Numbered from the stretch's first letter, positions 17,965 to 27,016 are shown. The stretch is 32,324 bases of DNA from an uncultured Caulobacterales bacterium (GCA_964529135.1 CAZGVP010000001.1:1-32324), one strand, 5' to 3'. Made by a program: numbers and translations. The notes: generated by a model not told the origin, from the sequence alone.

Positions 17965-19347
17965 ATGAAAGTATTATATAAAAGCGTGTTTGTTGTCATC
18001 CTTGTGTTTATGGCTGCTGTAGGTTGGCTTTATTTTGTCAGTGTTTGTGGTGTGAACAATGCAAAACGAAATAATGAAGCGAGCTTTATACTAAAGACCT
18101 GCGCAAATTTGGGTTATGGGCACGCTGAGGCGTATTTGGGTATTATGTATTGGAGTGCCGCACATAACGGTGATCCAAAGTCATTTGGGTTTGATTCTGA
18201 ACTGTCTAAAGAGAAGTCCGAGAAGCTTGGGTGGAAATATCTTGAGTCTGCATCAATTAAGAAGCGAGGGCGTATTGCTCAGAACGAAATTGGTATTGCT
18301 TATCTTGAAGGTGCTTATGGTGCGAAACGAGATTATGAGAAAGCACGAATTTGGTTGGAGAAAGCAACCCAAAATGGTGACGAAATTGCTCCCTATAACT
18401 TAGCTGATATATATGCAAATGGTTATGGTGTTGAGGCGAATTTGTTTGAAGCATTATCATTTTTAAGTCTGTCAGCGGAGCACGGTTATTCTTTGGCAAA
18501 GTGTAAACTAGAATATTGGCACCAAAATGAAAATAGTTACACTGCTACCGAAAAACTAAATTACCTACGCGTGTTGATAGAAAATAAACTAGGTACGGAG
18601 TACCGTTGTTATAATAAACCTCTGATAACAGAAATAAATGATAGATTTCAGAATTTTATTTCTGAGATCAGTATATCTGCTTCTATAGTGATCGAGCGAA
18701 TTAAGCGCGCAGTGATGCCTGATTTTAGGCTGAACTTATTGCAATCTGTGGATCAACGTTCATGCGAGGTCTATAAAAGTGCAGTTGATGCTTTATTCGG
18801 GCGAGGAGGGAATGTAATACGCCCCATTACAAGCCCATATGCTCCATTTATTAGAGATGATGTAGTGGTTGCCCCTAAGGAATTCCTTCGGGATACGGGT
18901 GAGCAAGAGTTGGTTGAAGTGGATGCCTTGAATTCAGATGGTATTTTCCAAAAAACCGGCATTCGAGAAAATACTCGAACGCGCCGAATTTTTAAGAGCT
19001 TTGTTCTTGACACAACGGATTTTTTCGACCCGCTCCGATCAGAATCCGTTACATCTCTTGTTGATTGCTTTGAAGGAAAACAAATGAAGCAACTATTTTG
19101 GACTGGTTCTTTGCGATTGTTGAATGCAGATTTTGAAAAACGGAACAAAAACGGGGATATTGATGATAATTTCGGGACCATATGGAGTTTTTCCCCGGTA
19201 GGTATATCCCCAAATGGGCGGTACGCGCTTGTGTACGGTCAATATTATTGTGGTGGTTTTTGTGACGCAGGCGTATTTTATTTATTTAAAAAAAGTGAAG
19301 TCGGCGTTTGGGAGATTGATGGCCATCAAGTCCGGTCTATATCTTGA
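17965..19347 (+). CDS. Membrane-anchored Sel1/TPR-like repeat protein with an uncharacterised C-terminal domain of about 260 aa
   Basis: N-terminal anchor MKVLYKSVFVVILVFMAAVGWLYFVSV. Sel1-like repeats such as AQNEIGIAYLEGAYGAKRDYEKARIWLEKATQNGDEIAPYNLADIYANGYGVEANLFEA. The C-terminal half has no motif I can place and ends YALVYGQYYCGGFCDAGVFYLFKKSEVGVWEIDG. The gene is much more AT-rich than its neighbours. Confidence 0.75.
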   Translation: MKVLYKSVFVVILVFMAAVGWLYFVSVCGVNNAKRNNEASFILKTCANLGYGHAEAYLGIMYWSAAHNGDPKSFGFDSELSKEKSEKLGWKYLESASIKKRGRIAQNEIGIAYLEGAYGAKRDYEKARIWLEKATQNGDEIAPYNLADIYANGYGVEANLFEALSFLSLSAEHGYSLAKCKLEYWHQNENSYTATEKLNYLRVLIENKLGTEYRCYNKPLITEINDRFQNFISEISISASIVIERIKRAVMPDFRLNLLQSVDQRSCEVYKSAVDALFGRGGNVIRPITSPYAPFIRDDVVVAPKEFLRDTGEQELVEVDALNSDGIFQKTGIRENTRTRRIFKSFVLDTTDFFDPLRSESVTSLVDCFEGKQMKQLFWTGSLRLLNADFEKRNKNGDIDDNFGTIWSFSPVGISPNGRYALVYGQYYCGGFCDAGVFYLFKKSEVGVWEIDGHQVRSIS

Positions 19348-19351
19348 GAAA

Positions 19352-19375
19352 ATCAACTATGATATCAACTATGAT
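19352..19375. repeat. 12-bp perfect tandem duplication (ATCAACTATGAT x2, plus a partial unit)
   Basis: Read directly: units at 19352-19363 and 19364-19375, followed by AT. It begins 5 nt after the Sel1 gene stop. Confidence 0.9.
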
Positions 19376-19447
19376 ATAAGTCGAAATTCGTAGAGAAATT
19401 AATTCTAAACATACCACAAAGCGAAACTGACAATCATGGTAGGTAAG

Positions 19448-21259
19448 ATGAAAGTGAAAACACTAAGTGCGATTGCATTCGTTATGTGCGGGTTGTTGTT
19501 TGCTTGTTCGCAGGCACCGGATCAACCCCCTCAAGAGCAATCTGAAAAGGAGCTGATTTCCACCGAAAATGGCGAGGGATCATCTGAAGTTGAAGGTATT
19601 GTGATTTATCGCGCTAAAGGTGTGATCTCCATGCAACGGGACGACTCGGATGATGGCGTGATTGCACAAGCTGTTGCGGTTAAGGGTGGGAGTGTTATTG
19701 CAGTTGGTATACTGAAGAATTTGCAAAATGCGTTACCTAACAGTGTTGTTGATGATAGCTTCTCCAATCATTACATCTTGCCGGGTTTTATCGACCCACA
19801 TATCCATATGTTGTTATCGTCACTGCAATACGCATTGCCGCTTACCCCGCCCTGGCCGATGGCAACACCTGATGGGATAGTTGAAGGCTTATCAACACGA
19901 GCAGCTTTTTTGGAGCAGTTGGTGAAACTGGAAGGGGAGGCAGCCGGGAAAAAACCACTGATCATTTATGGTTATCACGATCTTGTTCATGGCGATCTTG
20001 TTCGCGAAGATCTTGATGCAATCACCACTGAACGACCACTGATTATCTGGCATTACTCGTCCCATGATTTCTATCTCAATAGTGCAGCGCTCGCGTGGGC
20101 AAAAATTACACCCGAACTTCATGAACGATTTGAAGGAATTGCCCTTAATGAGGAGGGAGAATTAACGGGACGAATTTTTGAAGATGCATTGCCATATTTG
20201 ACCCAGACCATGGGCCCGACATTACTTAATCCGGTGCGTGTAAAAAAAGGACTTGAGGGCTTTTCCAGCCTGCTGCGACAAGGCGGTGTGACTAGTGTGG
20301 CTGATCTTGGGTATGGTATTTTCGGGTTAGGGCTTGAAGATCTCAATATATCGCTGAATTGGCAATCTCCTGATCATAGTGGTTATCACCTTTATCTGGT
20401 GCCGGAGCATCGAGCTTTTGCAACGGCTTTTGGGGAGGAGCGTGTTCAGACAATTCTCGATATGGTGTCTGGTGCGCGCAAAACGCCAGCACCTGTCTTG
20501 CCCCAAGTGAAATTTTTTACCGATGCAGCCTTTTACTCCCAGACCATGAGGGTTTCGCCGCCGGGTTATTTGTCCGGCCAGTCGCAAGGGTCTCAGGGGC
20601 TTTGGGTACTGGAACCCGATACTATTGCCGATACTATTCAACCATATTGGGATGTAGGGCTTGGTGTGCGCATTCACTCCAATGGTGATGAAGCGCAAAC
20701 AGCTACATTAGACGCGTTAGAGGTGTTGCGGGTCACGGACAAGACAAGGAGATTTGTGGTTGAACATGCCGGGTTGTTCTCTCCAGATCATATTGCCAAG
20801 GCTGCCAGGTTGGATGCGGTTATTTCCGCAGCCAGCCATTATGTATTCTATCTGGGCGAGGCCTATCAAGGCCCTCTGGGCGAGGAACGTGGCAATTGGA
20901 TATCGCCATTGGCATCGCTTTCCACGGCGGGAACACCAGTGACGCTTCATTCTGATGCGCCCCTGGCACCGCCATTGCCATTGACTGCAGCTAGTGTTCA
21001 TCTAACCCGTGCTACAAGGGAAGGCGGGGTCCTTGGGCCTGAGGAGAAGTTGTCGCCTTACGAAGCGCTTGAGGCGGTAACAGTCGATGCTGCCTACGCC
21101 CTCGGCCTGGAAGGGGAGATCGGATCAATTGCTGCAGGGATGCGGGCTGATTTTACGATCCTGGAGGCAAATCCACTGGAAACACCGGGAGAGGACTGGC
21201 CAAATATCAAGGTTTGGGGCGTCGTGTTGGCGGGCGAGAAGCTTCCACTTAAGCTATAA
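19448..21259 (+). CDS. Amidohydrolase (Amidohydro_3 / YtcJ-like), probable lipoprotein
   Basis: LPGFIDPHIHML metal motif and C-terminal GSIAAGMRADFTIL. The N-terminus MKVKTLSAIAFVMCGLLFAC/S has a lipobox-like LFAC. The start could be 19436 or 19448. Confidence 0.8.
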   Translation: MKVKTLSAIAFVMCGLLFACSQAPDQPPQEQSEKELISTENGEGSSEVEGIVIYRAKGVISMQRDDSDDGVIAQAVAVKGGSVIAVGILKNLQNALPNSVVDDSFSNHYILPGFIDPHIHMLLSSLQYALPLTPPWPMATPDGIVEGLSTRAAFLEQLVKLEGEAAGKKPLIIYGYHDLVHGDLVREDLDAITTERPLIIWHYSSHDFYLNSAALAWAKITPELHERFEGIALNEEGELTGRIFEDALPYLTQTMGPTLLNPVRVKKGLEGFSSLLRQGGVTSVADLGYGIFGLGLEDLNISLNWQSPDHSGYHLYLVPEHRAFATAFGEERVQTILDMVSGARKTPAPVLPQVKFFTDAAFYSQTMRVSPPGYLSGQSQGSQGLWVLEPDTIADTIQPYWDVGLGVRIHSNGDEAQTATLDALEVLRVTDKTRRFVVEHAGLFSPDHIAKAARLDAVISAASHYVFYLGEAYQGPLGEERGNWISPLASLSTAGTPVTLHSDAPLAPPLPLTAASVHLTRATREGGVLGPEEKLSPYEALEAVTVDAAYALGLEGEIGSIAAGMRADFTILEANPLETPGEDWPNIKVWGVVLAGEKLPLKL

Positions 21260-21349
21260 CGGGCATTCCGCTACTGGCTCCGCTGCTGGCAATCCGTTGG
21301 GCTCTTGCTAATTTCCTCTGTCTTGGTTATCACGCTTTCCTTGCTTTTT

Positions 21350-21418
21350 GAGGGCCTTCCATTTAGAGGGCCTTTCTTTTAGGTGAGACCTTTCATTTTG
21401 ATCGGGCCTTTCTTAATT
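21350..21418. repeat. Four degenerate direct repeats, G(A/G)G(G/A)CCTT(T)C followed by a T-rich spacer, upstream of secG
   Basis: GAGGGCCTTCCATTTA (21350), GAGGGCCTTTCTTTTA (21366), GAGACCTTTCATTTT (21385) and GGGCCTTTCTTAATT (21404). The periods are about 16, 19 and 19 nt. Confidence 0.7.
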
Positions 21419-21476
21419 GATAGAGAATGACTAATTTCTATCCAATCATACTCGTTTTTCAGGTTTTGAAGTAGCT

Positions 21477-22022
21477 ATGGACATTATTCCGATTATCCTG
21501 ACTATCCATGTTCTGATCGTGCTCGCACTGATCGGAGTTGTTTTGCTGCAGCGTTCCGAAGGTGGAGCGCTTGGTATTGGCGGCGGTGGCAGCGGTGGTG
21601 GATTTATGTCCGGGCGTGGTGCAGCCAATGCGTTAACCCGTTTGACATCAGTGTTGGCCTTTATGTTCTTTGCCACTTCGCTGGGTCTTGCAATGGTCGC
21701 TGACAAAGGTGAAACAGGGGCTGATATTGTCAATGATATTACCGGTGCTGCTCCTGATGCGGGCGTTGCTGGTGAGATTGATGCAGCAGATGATCTTGGT
21801 GGTATTTTCTCAGGTGAAGATGATACGCCTGCAGTTGAAAGCGCGCCAAATGCTGACCCTTTGGGTGAAATTACCACAGAGGTAGGAGAAACTGAGGTGC
21901 CAGAATCTGTTGGAGTTGTTGTTGATCCGGTTGTGGATGTACTGCCTGACTTTGCAGATGATGTTACGGAGACAAAGGCACCATCAGAGGATGTGCCCAC
22001 AGAAGAAAGTGACCCGCAATAA
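21477..22022 (+). CDS. secG: Preprotein translocase subunit SecG with a long acidic C-terminal extension
   Basis: The N-terminal 75 aa, MDIIPIILTIHVLIVLALIGVVLLQRSEGGALGIGGGGSGGGFMSGRGAANALTRLTSVLAFMFFATSLGLAMVA, form the canonical two-helix SecG with a Gly-rich loop. The remaining roughly 105 aa are a D/E/P/V/T-rich tail. Confidence 0.85.
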   Translation: MDIIPIILTIHVLIVLALIGVVLLQRSEGGALGIGGGGSGGGFMSGRGAANALTRLTSVLAFMFFATSLGLAMVADKGETGADIVNDITGAAPDAGVAGEIDAADDLGGIFSGEDDTPAVESAPNADPLGEITTEVGETEVPESVGVVVDPVVDVLPDFADDVTETKAPSEDVPTEESDPQ

Positions 22023-22038
22023 GCTTGGGAATCTATAG

Positions 22039-22803
22039 ATGACTGTTCCACATATTGTGTCAATCTATCGGTATCCGGTTAAGGGGCTAACGCCTGAATC
22101 TTTGAACCAGACGCACCTGCATGTTGGGAAAACGATTGCCCATGATCGAGAGTGGGCAATAGAGGCTGGAACAGATAAGTTTGATCCGGATAACCCGAAG
22201 CATTTCCCTAAAATAAATTTCCTGATGCTAATGCGCGACGAGGCCCTTGCAGGCCTTCAGACGCGCTACGTTGCTGAGACCTGTACATTGACCATAGGTA
22301 AAGACGGTAATGTTTTGATTTCTGCCGCGCTCAATGATCCTGAAGGGCGTCGTGCAATGGAAACATTCTTCACTCAGTTTATGCCAAAGTCTCATGGTGG
22401 GCGCCCAAAAATTGTTCAGTCGGCAGATTTTTCTTTTTCCGATCTAAATGATCAGGTAATCTCTATTATCAACCTTGCAAGCGTGCGTGTGCTAGCGCAA
22501 GCTGCTGGTATTAGCGTTAACCCGTTGCGGTTTCGAGCCAACCTCTACATTGACGGGATAGAGCCCTGGGCCGAGATGGATTGGGTTGGGAAAACGCTGT
22601 ATCAAACAGATGGCGCTGCACTGCTGGGCCAGAAGATTACCAGGCGCTGTCCGGCTATTAATGTGAACCCCGAGAATGCAGAGCGTGACTGTGATCTTAA
22701 CCGGATATTGATGGAAAAATTCGGTCATCCAAATTGCGGTATCTATATGAAGGTAACCGGCGATGGTCAGATCGCTGTGGATGACGTATTTCAAGTTTCC
22801 TGA
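22039..22803 (+). CDS. MOSC domain protein (YcbX-like: MOSC N-terminal beta-barrel plus MOSC domain)
   Basis: The N-terminus IVSIYRYPVKGL is typical of MOSC_N. The conserved cysteine context is RRCPAINVNPENAERD. Confidence 0.8.
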   Translation: MTVPHIVSIYRYPVKGLTPESLNQTHLHVGKTIAHDREWAIEAGTDKFDPDNPKHFPKINFLMLMRDEALAGLQTRYVAETCTLTIGKDGNVLISAALNDPEGRRAMETFFTQFMPKSHGGRPKIVQSADFSFSDLNDQVISIINLASVRVLAQAAGISVNPLRFRANLYIDGIEPWAEMDWVGKTLYQTDGAALLGQKITRRCPAINVNPENAERDCDLNRILMEKFGHPNCGIYMKVTGDGQIAVDDVFQVS

Positions 22804-22859
22804 ATTGTTGCTAGTATCACTGTGCCTGCAGACCCAAACGTTACAGGAGACGCCGCGCA

Positions 22860-24032
22860 ATGTTACAGGATATATCGGCCTCTATAGAGGCGTGTGCCGC
22901 GCATTACGGGGATGATGAAGCGGCGATGCGCGAATATCTGGTAGCAGGCCAGGCGCGTGCGCTGGAACTTGATAATCGCGGACCGCTGAAGTTTGATGAT
23001 AAGGGGCACCTTGATCCTGTTATCAGAGCGGCTTACTCCAAATATGGGTTTTATATATTTGAGAATGTGATTAGTACTGAAGAACTAAACGACATTCGCG
23101 ATGATCTGGAGCGAATGCGTGAAAAGTTTCCCACTCATAGTGGTGCCGAGACCAACGCGAATGGTGAAGTAGCATTAGGAGCAGGGCATCAGGCGCCTAG
23201 CTTATTATGGGCGAAGTCTCTTGGGGACCCGCTTGGCGGAACGGCACTGGCCAATGGTCGCCATCAGGTGAAATTGTTTGAACCGAAGGCCTCATCAAAT
23301 GCCCCAGAGTTCGCCCCGTTTATTTTGCTCGGGTCGTTGCAGTTTTCTGAAGCATGTTTGCGGCTATATGGTCACCCCCAATTGCTGAAGGTTGCTGCTG
23401 ATATTCATGGAGAAGATTTTGCCCCTTTTCATGAGTGCCTGTTTATCAAAGATCCGGGGCTAGGGGCTGCGGTTTCCTGGCATCAGGATGGTGATACTCA
23501 TTGGGATAGTTCAAGCTTTGATGAGGATATTCATGGCTTCAATTTTATGGCGCAAGTTTATGGCAGCACGGCTGTAAATGGAGTGTGGGTTGTTCCGGGT
23601 ACGCATAAAACAGGCAGAGCCAATATTCGCGATATGGTGGCTGAGACGGGTAACGAGCGTCTTCCAGGCGCTGTCCCGATGATTTGCAATCCAGGGGATG
23701 TGGTTATCTGTAACCGGCAAATTTTACATGGTTCATTCGCCAATACCGGTTTTGAACAGCGCTTGACTGTTAATTTTGGTTTTCATCGGCGTTCATCTGT
23801 TCTCAATGTAAAGGGAGCGGGAATTCATAGTGCGTCTGTGGTTTATGATGATGCGATGATCCGGGAGCGAGCCAGGCTTATACCGCTTGCTATTGATGCG
23901 CGTCAGCAACGCTATCCTGATGAAGTTGCCTATTGCTATAAACCGTTTGCGCATGAGCTCGATCATTATCGCTGGTCACCAGAGGCAATGGCAGGGTTGA
24001 AGGATTATAATCTGCAGGATTTGAGCATTTAG
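22860..24032 (+). CDS. Phytanoyl-CoA dioxygenase (PhyH) family Fe(II)/2-oxoglutarate-dependent oxygenase
   Basis: The facial-triad context VSWHQDGDTHW is followed by a distal ILHGS. The 390-aa length is consistent with the PhyH family. Confidence 0.75.
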   Translation: MLQDISASIEACAAHYGDDEAAMREYLVAGQARALELDNRGPLKFDDKGHLDPVIRAAYSKYGFYIFENVISTEELNDIRDDLERMREKFPTHSGAETNANGEVALGAGHQAPSLLWAKSLGDPLGGTALANGRHQVKLFEPKASSNAPEFAPFILLGSLQFSEACLRLYGHPQLLKVAADIHGEDFAPFHECLFIKDPGLGAAVSWHQDGDTHWDSSSFDEDIHGFNFMAQVYGSTAVNGVWVVPGTHKTGRANIRDMVAETGNERLPGAVPMICNPGDVVICNRQILHGSFANTGFEQRLTVNFGFHRRSSVLNVKGAGIHSASVVYDDAMIRERARLIPLAIDARQQRYPDEVAYCYKPFAHELDHYRWSPEAMAGLKDYNLQDLSI

Positions 24033-24166
24033 GGGGCGCTGTTTTCCCTTAAAATCACTTTGAGCTGCTTAATCTGGCACTGGTGCGTGCGATTCGGTGG
24101 CTGATTGCACAAGTAATGTGTTTTAGCTGTTTGCAAGTGGCCGAATCCCCGCTAAGACGAACTTCC

Positions 24167-25798
24167 ATGGCCCGATATATTTTCATTACCGGCGGCGTGG
24201 TTTCCTCATTAGGAAAAGGCATTGCTTCAGCGGCTCTTGGAGCTTTGTTACAGGCGCGTGGATATAGCGTTCGCTTGCGAAAACTGGACCCCTATCTCAA
24301 TGTCGATCCGGGCACGATGAGTCCCTACCAACATGGCGAAGTGTTCGTCACCGATGACGGTGCTGAAACTGATCTTGATTTAGGCCATTATGAACGTTTC
24401 ACCGGTGTATCAGCCTCCAAGGCTGATAATGTGACAACAGGGCAGGTCTATCAAAAGATTATTAATCGTGAACGACGTGGAGAATATCTTGGCGCCACTG
24501 TCCAGGTGATCCCCCATGTGACCGATACCTTAAAGGAATTTGTGTTATCCGATGCAGGGGGCGCAGATTTTGTTTTGTGTGAAATAGGGGGGACAGTCGG
24601 TGATATCGAAGGGTTACCATTTTTCGAGGCGATCCGCCAATTGAAAAATGAGTTGCCAAGAGGGGATGCGATTTTTGTGCACCTCACCCTGATGCCTTAT
24701 ATACCCTCAGCAGGGGAACTAAAAACAAAACCTACTCAGCATTCGGTTAAAGAATTACGCTCTATTGGTATCCAGCCAGATATTTTGTTAGTTCGTGCGG
24801 ATCGAGATATCCCCACAAGCGAACGCAAAAAAATCGCGTTGTTTTGTAATGTCCGACCATCAGCGGTGGTTCAGGCACTTGATGCCAAGACTATCTATCA
24901 GGTGCCGCTCGCCTATCATGAGCAGGGCTTTGATACTGAAGTACTGGCAGCATTTGGTATTAAGGACGCGCCTATGCCCGATCTTGCCGGGTGGCAAGAA
25001 GTTGTGACACGTATCCTCGAACCTGATGGCGAGGTAACAATCGCCGTGGTTGGTAAGTATACGGAAATGAAAGACGCCTATAAGTCTTTGATAGAAGCTA
25101 TTGCCCATGGTGGCATCGCCAACAATGTTCGTGTCCATGTTAAATGGGTAGATAGTTCGGTCTTCAAGGATGAGGGGGAGGCGATGGCAACCCTTGAAGG
25201 GGTGCATGCGATCCTTGTGCCCGGTGGGTTTGGCGAACGCGGGGCGGAGGGCAAGATCATGGCCGCTAAATTTGCGCGCACGCGTGATGTCCCTTATTTT
25301 GGTATTTGTTTTGGTATGCAGATGGCGGTGATTGAAGCTGCTCGTAATTTGCTTGGGGAAAGTGATGCCAGCTCATCGGAATTTGGCGAGACCCATACGC
25401 CGATTGTAGGGTTGATGAGGCAATGGGAAAAAGACGGTATCAAACATGAACGCCGCGAGGATGGTGATCTTGGTGGTACGATGCGTCTTGGGGCCTACCC
25501 TGCAGCGTTAAAACCTGGCAGCCGGGTGGCAAAAATCTATGGTGAGACGTTCGCAGAGGAGCGCCATCGGCACCGCTTTGAGGTGAATATGGCGTGGGCT
25601 GAGCGCTTGGCAGGCAAGGGAGTTGTCTTTTCAGGAACATCTCCTGACGGCACATTGCCTGAAATTATGGAAATTCCGGATCACCCCTGGTTTATCGGCG
25701 TACAATATCACCCTGAACTGAAATCAAGGCCGTTCGAGCCGCATCCATTGTTCGCTTCATTTATAGAAGCGGCAGTGAAGCGCTCGCGATTGGTATAA
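24167..25798 (+). CDS. pyrG: CTP synthase
   Basis: Canonical N-terminus [19 protein letters not shown] at ATG 24167, glutaminase motifs GICFGMQ and HRHRFEVN, 543 aa. The ORF-track GTG start at 24083 adds 28 non-homologous residues. Confidence 0.95.
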   Translation: MARYIFITGGVVSSLGKGIASAALGALLQARGYSVRLRKLDPYLNVDPGTMSPYQHGEVFVTDDGAETDLDLGHYERFTGVSASKADNVTTGQVYQKIINRERRGEYLGATVQVIPHVTDTLKEFVLSDAGGADFVLCEIGGTVGDIEGLPFFEAIRQLKNELPRGDAIFVHLTLMPYIPSAGELKTKPTQHSVKELRSIGIQPDILLVRADRDIPTSERKKIALFCNVRPSAVVQALDAKTIYQVPLAYHEQGFDTEVLAAFGIKDAPMPDLAGWQEVVTRILEPDGEVTIAVVGKYTEMKDAYKSLIEAIAHGGIANNVRVHVKWVDSSVFKDEGEAMATLEGVHAILVPGGFGERGAEGKIMAAKFARTRDVPYFGICFGMQMAVIEAARNLLGESDASSSEFGETHTPIVGLMRQWEKDGIKHERREDGDLGGTMRLGAYPAALKPGSRVAKIYGETFAEERHRHRFEVNMAWAERLAGKGVVFSGTSPDGTLPEIMEIPDHPWFIGVQYHPELKSRPFEPHPLFASFIEAAVKRSRLV

Positions 25799-25816
25799 CA
25801 AAGGCAATTCTCTTCC

Positions 25817-26650
25817 ATGCATAAACCCGTTCTTGTTACCGGCGCTTCTTCAGGCATTGGTGAAGCCACCGCCGTTCATCTTGCCCATAAGGGGTTTACT
25901 GTTTTTGCTGCAGCGAGGCGGATCGCGGCACTCAATGATCTGGCCACATTGGGTGATGGCCGTATTCACCCCATAGCGATGGATGTAACTGATGAGAGTT
26001 CGATCCGCGAAGCGGTGGATCGAATTGCTGCGCAAACCTCTACGCCGCTTTTTGGCCTGGTCAATAATGCCGGCGTCAGTGTCACTGGTCCTGTTGAGTG
26101 TGTTCCAGTGGCCGAGTGGAAGCGTCAATTTGAAACCAATGTTTTCGGGCTTGTTCAGGTGACCCAGGCCGTGTTGCCGCAAATGCGCGCTGAGGGCAAA
26201 GGCCGGATTATCAATATTGGCTCTGTTGCCGGGCGGATTGTGGCACCATTTTTTGGACCTTACGCGTCGTCGAAACATGCCGTGGAAGGGATTAGCGATG
26301 CGCTGCGGCGGGAACTGGCTCCGAAAAATATACGTGTAAGTCTCGTTCGCCCTGGTTTTATCAATACCCATTTTGGGGATCAGGAGCAGGCTTCTCTTGA
26401 AGCCTATGTTAATGTTGATAATTCCTATGCTGATGATGTTCACACATTTGCCAAATGGCATGAGAGGGGTCATCCCAATGCGGTGCCGCCCTCAAGGGTT
26501 GCCGAAGTTGTGCATCACGCTTTAACATCGGCTAAGCCTCATTCACGGTATACAGTGCCTGGTCAATATCTGGGCTCTCTGGCGATGCGCAATTTGCTGC
26601 CATCAGCAATTGTGGACAGGGTTTTCGCAAAAATAACGGGTGTAGGATAG
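25817..26650 (+). CDS. Short-chain dehydrogenase/reductase (classical SDR)
   Basis: TGASSGIGEA (cofactor binding), NNAG and YASSKHAVEG (catalytic YxxxK). It starts 18 nt after the pyrG stop. Confidence 0.9.
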   Translation: MHKPVLVTGASSGIGEATAVHLAHKGFTVFAAARRIAALNDLATLGDGRIHPIAMDVTDESSIREAVDRIAAQTSTPLFGLVNNAGVSVTGPVECVPVAEWKRQFETNVFGLVQVTQAVLPQMRAEGKGRIINIGSVAGRIVAPFFGPYASSKHAVEGISDALRRELAPKNIRVSLVRPGFINTHFGDQEQASLEAYVNVDNSYADDVHTFAKWHERGHPNAVPPSRVAEVVHHALTSAKPHSRYTVPGQYLGSLAMRNLLPSAIVDRVFAKITGVG

Positions 26651-27016
26651 GGCTGCTCATTTGTAAGCGCCCTTTTTTGAAAGCTGTTGTAATTAAATGT
26701 TGTTGTATACGGATACTATATCATCCATATAAGTATTTGCAGCTGAATATATTGAATACATTATAAAATATTAAATTTTATTCGCGCTATGATATAACAT
26801 CCACATTCTGAAACCTGTAAATTTAATGTTTTCGCTTTTTTTGATAATAACCACGCGCAAATATCAATTCTGCGACCAGTCGAAATTGACTTCTAAAATG
26901 GTACGTGAATATGGTTGATCAATCATTAGGGAATTATCTGTGTTCCCATTTGAAATAAGCGGGTCTCCCAAATCGGGAGCTTTGGGATTTGCAATAATAC
27001 CTCGGAGGGATAAATT

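Noticed and set aside
26913-26930. Fur-box-like sequence GGTTGATCAATCATTAGG upstream of the TonB-dependent receptor
   Set aside because: It aligns to the GATAATGATAATCATTATC consensus only with an inserted base and a few matches, and the adjacent -10 hexamer is poor. It is mentioned within the leader finding but is not called as a feature.
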